64,000 bases of DNA, taken from NCBI GenBank assembly GCA_951406725.2, contig OX597823.1:118110001-118174000 (forward strand), given 5' to 3'. The DNA is from Octopus vulgaris. Taxonomy: Eukaryota. Each line of letters starts with the position of its first letter. Positions within the stretch are counted from its first letter, which is position 1. A program made the position numbers and the translations under genes. The notes under the pieces were generated by a model. The model made no database searches and was not told the DNA's origin. It saw only the letters and a program-made list of their open reading frames with translations. This document shows, piece after piece, positions 54,620 through 64,000 of this stretch.

Positions 54620-57319
54620 TTTAATATTGTTAAATTTTAATATTTAAGGGAAGTAACTGTAGAAGATACTTTGTAGTTATTTCCCTTAAGTATGTAGTTA
54701 TCGTAATATACACTTTGTCGCTGTTAGACTCAGTTATTTCACTGTGACCATGGTGGAGCACCGCCTTTAGTTAAGCAAATCAACCCCATGAATTATTCTT
54801 TGTATGCCTATTACTTAATGTATAGGTCTCTTTTGCAGAACCGATAAGTTACGGGGACGTAATGTTCGATATACTGATTTAGTAGGTATTTATTTATTGT
54901 AAGAATTTCAATTATCATAAATTATGGGCTTACTGTAAGATCCTCCGAGGGATAGTACTAGGTAACATTATTACTTATATATTTGTGGGGTGTAGTGAAA
55001 TGTAAATGATCAGCTAGTCAATGTTTATTTGAGGTGTGGGTGTTTGTGCGTGTGTGAGCACAGTCCACCCATACCCAAGATTGTTGTATTGTCTTATGGG
55101 ACCCAGCCGCGAAAGTTCCGGACCCCATTAATGAACTCATTTGCATACAAACAATTAGAGCTCACCTTTAACTTGTCCGATTAACAAACAGTGTCTGAAT
55201 GGGAATTAGTTTGCTTACCTAACAAATATTTCGGAGTTCAGTCCCACTGGGTGGCACGTTGGGCAAATGTCTTCTACTAGCATATAGTCTCGAGGCGATA
55301 TTAACTATGTCTCGAGTCTATATGATATAGCTTTTCAAATCCACAACTCTCGCGTGCTTTTCTCAGCAGTAAATATAAACTAGATAGATATTTATATATA
55401 TATGTTTCTGTGTCCCTAAAACCGCTTGACAACCGATGCTGGTATTTTTACACTCCAGTAACTTCGGGAAAAGACGACCAATAAATAAATTCTAGACTGT
55501 CATAGAGTAAGTCCTAGTGTCGATTTGCTCTAGAAAAGCGTGAAAGGGTGTGTGTCACGTCTGAATAATATATTCTAGAGCTACTTCATGTTATAATTTA
55601 ATAAAAGTAAAATAATTATATGTAAGGAAAGTAACTCTGGAAGATGTTATCTAGTTATCTCCCTTCCGAGAGTTAATTTCCTTAAATATTATTTTATTAT
55701 TGTTAAATTATAAAATTCAAGGGAAGTAACTGTAGAAGATACTGTGTAGTTATCTCCCTTAAGTATGTAGTTATCGTAATATACACTTTGTTGCTCTTTG
55801 ATTCATTCAGTTATTTCACTGTGACCATGGTGGAGCACCGCCTTTTGTCAAGCAAATCAATCCCAGCAATTATTCTTTGTATGCCTGTTATTTAATGTAT
55901 AGGTCTCTTTTGCAGAACCGATAAGTTACGGGGACGTAATGTTCGATGTACTGATTTAGTTGGTATTTACTTATGGTAACAGCTTCAATTATCATAAATT
56001 ATGGGCTAGGAAAGATACTAGAAACTTTTTTGATATACCTATGGGGGCTCCTTGTGTGTGTGGGACTGTATTTATTTATGTGAGTGTGGGTATTTTCATT
56101 TCAGTGTTTGTGTGTGTGTGAGAGTGTTTTTATTTCTGTGTGCACGAGTGTGTGAGCGACTGAGTGTTTCTATTTGTTTGTGTGTGTGCGACACTTACAA
56201 ATACAACAAACACTTTGACCATTTGTAAGATACCTACATTTGAGATCACTAACTACTAAATGAAAATAAGTTCAATTTATTGCACCTTTAGTGACTTGAG
56301 ATGTTGCTCATATTTTCCCATGTGTCGACAATGTATTAATTTCACAAGTGGATGAAAAAAATTCTCATACTGGCGTGGAGGGGGCAAAATGCCCCTTTAC
56401 ATTCTGAATAAATTGTATGTTTGTGCTAGTTAGGGTTAGGGTTTTATGTGTGAGTGTGTAACTGCGTTTTTATTTCTGTGTGGGTGCGTATGTGTGTGTG
56501 TGACTATTTTCATTTCTGTGTGTATGTGTTTGTGCGTGTGTGAGTGTGTGAGAGTTTGGATGTGTAACTATTTCTCATTTCTATATGTGTATGTCTGTAT
56601 GTTTGTGCATGTGTGTGTGTGAGTGTTTTCTTTTCTGTGTCTTCGAGTGAGTGCGTGAGTAGGTATGTAACTATTTTATTTTCTCTATTTGTCCGCGTGT
56701 TTGAGTGTGTGAATATGTAGATGTGTATTTTCACTTCTCTGTGTGTGTTTGTGCGTATGTGAGTGTGTGAGTATTTTTTCAGTGTTTGTGTGCGTGGGAC
56801 TGTTTTTATTTGTGTGTGTGTGAAAGTGTGTTTTGGGATTTTCATTTCAGTGTTTGTGTTTGTGTGAATGTTTTTATTTCTGTGTGTACGTGTGTGTGAG
56901 CGTCTGTGTGTTTTTGTTCGTTTGTGTGTGTGCGACAATTACAGCTACAACAAACACTTTAAGCATCTCTAAGATACCCACATTTGCAAATCACTAACTG
57001 CTAAATGAAAAGAAGTTCAATTTATTTCGACTTGTTACAGGTTTTGTTTAAGTCCATAGATATTACTGGATTTCCAGTCAAGTCTAGTCAAGCAATTTGT
57101 CTCCTTTTTTGTTAAATCGTGTTGGAACTGGTGGATAAGAGTAGACAGTTTGGTCATTATCTTCGATTGACTGTTTTTGTTGATGTTTTTAACCGATGCT
57201 GGTGTGTTTTATCCTCTGTATTTTAGCGGTTCGGCAAAAGAGAACAAGTTAGAATAAATACTAGGCTTACAAAGAATAAGTGCTGCAGACGATGTGCTCG
57301 ACTAAAGGCGGCACTCCAG

Positions 57320-57354
<35 letters not shown>

Positions 57355-57360
<6 letters not shown>

Positions 57361-57663
57361 TAAATATTAGGGAATAAATCCAAATTTACAGGGAAAAAAT
57401 CAGATTTAGGATTAAATCCAATTTTATAGTAAAATATTATAAAATATTATTAGAGACAAAACCACTATTTTGCAAAACAAACAAGGAAAGACTTAATCAA
57501 TACATAAAATTTTGAAACTGACTTATTGGAAGTCCACCTGAAGATTGTCGATCAAGACAAGAAACAATTGTAGTGGCGGTTTTTTTGACTATTTATTAAA
57601 ATTTTATGTATTGATTAAGTCTTTCCTTGTTTGTTTTGCAAATTAGTGGTTTTGTCTCTAATA

Positions 57664-57672
<9 letters not shown>
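57355..57672 (+). mobile_element. Penelope-pLTR-like insertion with an inverted duplication, inside a (TA)n tract
   Basis: Inverted arms at about 57439-57513 and 57597-57672 flank a hammerhead. The insert is absent from the paralogous TA tract at about 62390-62436. Confidence 0.7.
57534..57576 (+). ncRNA. Minimal type I hammerhead ribozyme
   Basis: CCAC CUGAAGA UUGUC-GAUCAA-GACAA GAAAC AAUU GUA GUGG. Confidence 0.8.
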
Positions 57673-57751
<79 letters not shown>

Positions 57752-58237
57752 CATACATAAAGATATACGTGTATATACCCACACACGCATATATCCTATC
57801 TAAAACAAAAAAGAAACTTTATTATCTCCGAAGGGTGGTACTAGGTAACATTATTACTTATATATTTGTGGGGTGTAGTGAAATGTAAATGATCAGTTAG
57901 TCAATGTTTATTTGTTAAAGGTACCAGCAGATTAGTTGGTGTGCGCATGGTCGTGTCTCCTTTTGCAGGCGTAAAACGACCACACCTATTACAGAAATTA
58001 CAATATGAAACGTATTATATGACGTTTAGGAGATATTTTCAGCTATCTCCCTACTGAACAGCGACTTTTGTCGCTATTTGCTCTTTTACTCTCATTTACT
58101 TGTTTCAATCATTTAACTGGCCATGCTGAAACAACACCTACAGTCGAGCATATCGACCCCAGGACTTATTATTTGTAGGCCTAGTTCCTATTCTAACAGT
58201 CTCTTTCGCTGAACCTCTAAGTTATGGGGTCCTAGAC

Positions 58238-58290
<53 letters not shown>

Positions 58291-59847
58291 TATAAAAGTA
58301 CGTAGTCGCACACACAGAAATGGAAATACACACATCTAACCCTAACCCAGTTTCATCTCCCTTTGGCATTTAAACTTAAATATAAAAATGAATCTCAAAC
58401 CAAGGAAAGTAACTCCCTCTACATCTCTTACTTGACAAGAGTTACATCCGTTGATTGATACTAATATAATTTAACATTAAGATACGTAAATAGTATTTGA
58501 ATAATAATAGGCTGGAATGGATTAGGGTTAGATTTAGGTTTAGAAGACAATTGGACAAGATGCGAGGCAGTGGGAATGAAACTGAAACCATGTGGTTCGT
58601 AGGCAAACTACTTACCACATAGCCATTCCTGCGCCGATATTCATATATACGACGGGCTTCTTTCAGTTTCCCTCTACCAACCCTACTCAGAATACATTGG
58701 TCGACCCGGGGGTATAGTTGAATACACTTGCCGAAGGTGCCACGCTGTTGGATTGAACCCAGCACATTGAGGTTGGTGAGCAAACACTCTCACACATGCG
58801 CGAGCGCAAACAGACACAGAGATGAAAGCACACATATTGGCTGACCCACACACTCACACAATTTCTTCAGAGTGTCACGGTTTTAAGGTCAACTTATTGA
58901 AAACATAAAATAGCTTTGCATGTATCTATGTGCATGAGTGCGGAAGTGTGGGTATTTGTGCGTGTGTGAGCACAGTCCACACATACCCAAGGTTGTCGCA
59001 TCGGCTAATGTGACCCACACGCGAAAGTCTGTTTTACCCAGACATACACATACAGATATACGTGTATATACCCACTCACATTAATGAACTCATTTGCATA
59101 CAAACAATTAGGGCTCACCTTGAACTTGTCCGGTTAACAAACAGTAGTGTCTGAATGGAAATTAGCTTGCTTACCTAACAAATGTTTCCGAGTTCAGTCC
59201 TACTGGGTGGCATGTTGGGCAAATGTCTTCTACTATAGTCTCGGGCCGACCAAAGCCTTGTGAGTGGATTTGGGAGACGGAAACTAAAAGAAGACTGTCG
59301 TATATATATATGTAGCAGTAAGAGTGGCTGTGGTATGTAGCTTGCTTTCCAAACACGGTGTTTCTGGTTCAGCCCAACTACGTGGCCCCATGGGCAAGTG
59401 TCTTCCAATATAGCCTCAGACAGACCAACATTTCTGAGTAGATTTGGTACACGGAAACAGAAAGTAGCCCGTCGTATTTAGATAGGTGTATATATATATA
59501 TCTATAATATGTATATATATAAAGAGAGAGAGAGAGAGACATAAGTATATATTGACAGATTTATGTATATACATTTAGATATTTAAACATATAATGGATG
59601 GCCATAATGGGACATCCGACTCACTAGAGAGAGCAGTTAAACTCCAAAAAATCGTAAAAGACTGTCATGTCTGAATAATATATTCGAGAGTTATTTCCCC
59701 CGCATATTATAATTTAAATAAAAGTAGTATAATTATATGTAAGGAACGTAACTCTGGAAGATGTTATCTAGTTAACTCCCTTCCGAGAGTTAATTTCCTT
59801 AAATATTATTTTATTATGTGAATATTCTGCATAGGCACACACACAAA

Positions 59848-60341
59848 TTTACATTCAATTTTCATTTACAATTCCACTTTTACGACATTGGTTGGACTGG
59901 ATCTATAGAAGGCACTTGCCCAGGCTGTGGCACAGTGGTGTACCATAGCCTATTTTACATAAATCTCATCACACACTTTAGCTATAATTGTATGGATGAC
60001 CCTACATAAACCCATCCCTGATCAAGACAAATAGAGGAAAGCTAAGTAGCGCTATGTAAACAATGCCAGCATACAAAAAGAAAAAAAACACCAGCACATT
60101 TACATTCAATTTTCATTTACAATTCCACTTACACGACATTGGTTGGACTGGATCTATAGAAGGCACTTGCCCAGGCTGTGGCACAGTGGTGTACCATAGC
60201 CTATTTTACATAAATCTCATCACACACTTTAGCTATAATTGTATGGATGCCCCTATATAAACCCATCCCTGATCAAGACAAATAGAGGAAAGCTAAGTAG
60301 CGCTATGTAAACAATGCCAGCATACAAAAAGAAAAAAAAAA
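59848..60341. repeat. Tandem duplication, period about 251 bp
   Basis: Two nearly identical copies, also visible as near-identical ORFs at 59818 and 60063. Confidence 0.9.
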
Positions 60342-60368
60342 CACATGCACAAGAGATGCAGCACGGAC

Positions 60369-60418
60369 TTTGTCAGTGAACAGGTCGCGGATTTTAGCGA
60401 CGAAAATATTTTGACAAA
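60369..60418 (+). ncRNA. Hammerhead ribozyme variant with G3:C8 core
   Basis: UUUGUCA GUGAACA G GUCGC-GGAUUUUA-GCGAC GAAA AUAU UU UGACAAA. Confidence 0.6.
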
Positions 60419-61329
60419 TTAAACTTAAATGTTGAAGTGAATCGAACGGCTTTTGTGTGTTTCTTAAATGGCTTATAAACACCTTCCACGCTGCAATTGT
60501 TTTCGTTTCAGCACACGATCTCAAATCAAATTACTTGCTATGCGAGTACATATCCGTAATATTTTATTATTGTTAAATTTTAATATTTAAGGGAAGTAAC
60601 TGTAGAAGATACTTTGTAATTATTTCCCTTAGGTATTTCTTATTATAATATAGACTTTGTCGCTCTTTGACTCTTTCAGTTATTTCACTGTGACCATGGT
60701 GGAGCACCGCCTTTAGTGAAGCAAATCAACCCCAGGAATTATTCTTTGTATGCCTATTACTTAACGTATAGGTCTCTTTTGCAGAACCGATAAGTTACAG
60801 GGACGTAATGTTCGATGTACTGATTTAGTGGGTATTTATTTATTGTAATAATTTCAATTATCATAAATTATGGGCTAGGAAAAATACTAGAAACTTTTTT
60901 GATAGACCTATTGGGGCTCCTTGTGTGTGTGGGACTGTTTTTATTTATGTGAGTGTGGGTATTTTCATTTCAGTGTTTGTGTGTGTGTGTGTGTGTGTGA
61001 GAGGCTTTTTTTTCTGTGTGCGCGAGTGTGTGAGCGACTGAGTGTTTCTATTTGTTTGTGTGTGTGTGCGACACTTACAAATGCAAGATGCACTTTGACC
61101 ATTTGTAAGATACCCACATTTGAGATCACTAACTACTAAATCAAAATAAGTTCAATTTATTGCACCTTTAGTGACTTGAGATGTTGCTCATATTTTTCCC
61201 ATGTGTCGACAATGTATTAATTTTACAAGTGGATAAAAGAAATTCTCATACTGGCGTGGAGGGGGCTGATATTCTAACTGCGAGTTCAAAGCACCCAATG
61301 CCCCTTTACATTCTGAATAAATTGTATGT

Positions 61330-61497
61330 CTAGTTAGTTAGTTAATTTGGCTCAAAAGCAAATAGCAAGGCCATGTAGGGGGACATGGAGTTAAGTACAG
61401 GGTGGTGTTCATCTAAAGAGTTCAGGCCACTTGAGGTTCAGGGAGGCTTTGAACAAAGCGGTCGTCGGCATCTTCACCATCTCGTCTGGCAGCTTGT
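61330..61497 (-). mobile_element. 5'-truncated CR1/L2-like LINE 3' end with (TAAC)n tail
   Basis: Minus strand KLPDEMVKMPTTALFKASLNLKWP. Absent from the paralogous site at about 56420. Confidence 0.6.
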
Positions 61498-62383
61498 TTG
61501 TGCTAGTTAGGGTTAGGGTTTTATGTGTGAGTGTGTAACTGTGTTTTCATTTCTGTGTGTGGGTGCGTATGTGTGTGTGTGACTATTTTCATTTATGTGT
61601 GTGTTTGTGCGTGTGTAAGTGTGTGAGAGTTTGGATGTGTAACTGTATTTTTCATTTCTATATGTGTATGTCTGTGTGTTTGAGCATGTTCGTATGAGTG
61701 TTTTCTTTTCTGTGTCTTCGAGTGTGTAGGTATGTAACTATTTTCTTTTCTCTATTTGTCCGCGTGTTTGAGTGTGTGAATATATAGATGTGTATTTTCA
61801 CTTCTGTGTGTGTTTGTGCGTATGTGAGTGTGTGAGTATTTTTTCAGTGTTTTTGTTCATGGGACTGTTTTTATTTGTGTGTGTGTGAAAGTGTGTTTTG
61901 GTATTTTAATTTCATTGTTTGTGTTGTGTGAATGTTTTTATTTCTGTGTGTACATGTGTGTGAGCGTCTGTGCGTTTTTATTCGTTTGTGTGTGTGCGAC
62001 AATTCCAGCTACAACAAACACTTTAAGCATCTCTAAGATACCCACATTTGCAAATCACTAACTGCTGAATGAAAAGAAGTTCAATTTATTGCCACTTGTT
62101 ACATGTTTTGTTTAAGTCCATAGACATTAATGGCTTTGCAGTCAAGTCTCGTCAAGCAATTTGTGTCCTTTTTTGTTAAATCGTGTTGGAACTGGTGGAT
62201 AAGAGTAGACAGTTTGGTCATTATCTTCGATTGACTGTAGTTGTTGATGTTTTTAACCGATGCTGGTGTGTTTTATTCCCTGTATTTTAGCGGTTCGGCA
62301 AAAGAGAACAAGTTAGAATAAATACTAGGATTACAAAGAATAAGTGCTGCGGACGATGTGCTCGACTAAAGGCGGCGCTCCAG

Positions 62384-62441
<58 letters not shown>

Positions 62442-62954
62442 TACATACAGATATACGTCTATATACCCACACACGCATATATCCTATCTGAAACAATAAA
62501 GAAACTTGATTATCTCCGAAGGGTAGTACTAGATAACATTATTACTTTATATATTTGTGGGGTGTAGTGAAATGTAAATGATCAGCTTGTCAATGTTTAT
62601 TTGTTAAAGGTACCAGCAGATTACTTGGATGTGTATGTGTCTCTATTGGTGTGCGCATGGTCGTGTCATCTTTCGTAGTCGTAAAACGAACACACCTATT
62701 ACAGAAATTACAACATGAAAGGTATTATATGACGATTAGGAGATATTTTCAGCTATCTCCCTAGTGAACAGGTTATAGACTTTTGTCGCTATTTACTCTT
62801 TTACTCTCATTTACTTGTTTCAGTCATTTAACTGTGGCCATGCTGGAACAATACCTTCAGTCGAGCATATCGACCCCAGGACTTATTCTTTGTAGGTCTA
62901 GTACTTATTCTAACAGTCTCTTTCGCTGAACCTCTAAGTTACGGGGATGTAGAC

Positions 62955-63003
<49 letters not shown>

Positions 63004-63429
63004 CACACACACACACACATGTATATAAAAGCACGTAGTCGCACACACAGAAATGGAAATACACACATCTAACCATAGCTCATAGTTTATATATATATAT
63101 ATATTTTTTTTTAATAAATAAATGACTTGGTGAAAACAACAGTCAATATAAACAGGACCTCCGACAGCCAGTAAACTCTTGTAGAAATGTTAAGAGTACT
63201 CGCTTCTGTAAAAATCAGAGATACCAATGTTTTTATTTGTGTGTGTACGTGTGTGTGAGCGACTGTGTTTTTATTCGTTTGTGTGTGTGCGACAATTACA
63301 GCTACAACAAACACTTTAAGCATCTCTAAGATACCCACATTTGCAGATCACTAACTGCTAAATGAAAAGAAGTTCAATTTATTGCACCTTTAGCGACGTC
63401 AGATATGCAAGTGTTAAGCACCCAATGCC

Positions 63430-63690
63430 CCCCGTATCTACATACCTGGATCGGCCATAATTGGCCTCATTCGGAGATCTCTCGGGTGTGGAATATTTAT
63501 GACTATAGAAGTTAACTTGTTACAGGTTTTGTTTATGGCTTAACTTTTGTAGATTTTGGGAAGTCCACAGATGTTACTGGCTTTGCAGTGAAATCTAGTC
63601 AAGCAATTTGTCTCCTTTTTTGTTAAATCGTGTTGGAACTGGTGGATAAGAGTAGACAGTTTGGTCATTATCTTCGATTGACTGTATCTG
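63430..63690 (-). pseudogene. Penelope-like RT N-terminal fragment
   Basis: LTKKETNCL...NICGLPKIYK and DLRMRPIMA resemble the PLE motifs FYGLPKIHK and RPIV. Shorter copies lie at about 57035-57170 and 62095-62235. Confidence 0.65.
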
Positions 63691-64000
63691 TTAGGGTTAG
63701 GGTTAGATTTTTTAACCGATGCTGGTGTGTTGGAAAGCAAGTTACATACCACAGCCACTGTTACATATATATATACGACAATCTTCTAACAAATCCGTCT
63801 AACAAATCCAATCACAAGGCTTTGGTCGGCCCTGGGCTACAGTAGATTTTTCAACCGATGCTGGTATGTTTTCCTCCCTGTATTTTAGTGGTTCGGCCAA
63901 AAAGAATAAGTTAGAATAAATACTAGGCTTAGAAAGAATAAGTGCTGCGCACGATGTGCTCGAATAATGGCGGTGGTCCAGCATTTATATATACAATTTT

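Noticed and set aside
56510-56938. 142-aa His/Thr-rich ORF
   Set aside because: Translation of a degenerate (GT/CA)-rich repeat that is duplicated at about 61590-62000.
56428-63710. TTAGGG/CCCTAA motifs (56430, 58338, 61508, 63691; also 47051)
   Set aside because: Only about 2 units each and embedded in dispersed repeats. Not evidence of a telomere or fusion site.

Overview
AT-rich, repeat-dense eukaryotic (animal) genomic DNA. The SINE and microsatellite repertoire looks like a coleoid cephalopod, probably Octopus (inference from recall, not searched). One host gene is well supported: a + strand gene with three coding exons (22186-22855, 25218-25561, 33699-34004; 439 aa). It encodes a disordered N-terminus with a putative C2HC zinc finger, a coiled coil and a C-terminal KCTD-type BTB domain. 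The rest is mostly mobile DNA: a full-boundary Ty3/Gypsy element (5552-8938, 5-bp TSD, integrase core deleted) whose primer-binding site is complementary to its own LTR rather than to a tRNA, a pogo/Tigger-like transposon, HERO-, RTE-, CR1- and Penelope-like fragments, non-autonomous Helitrons, piggyBac-like and long-TIR MITEs, and many tRNA-derived SINEs. A duplicated mosaic occupies about 52.5-64 kb. The most striking unexplained signals are a set of hammerhead-ribozyme motifs, including a natural G3:C8 compensatory core variant, and a palindrome-flanked site that captured two different inserts in two paralogous copies while a third copy is empty. All coordinates were read by eye, so repeat boundaries are approximate.
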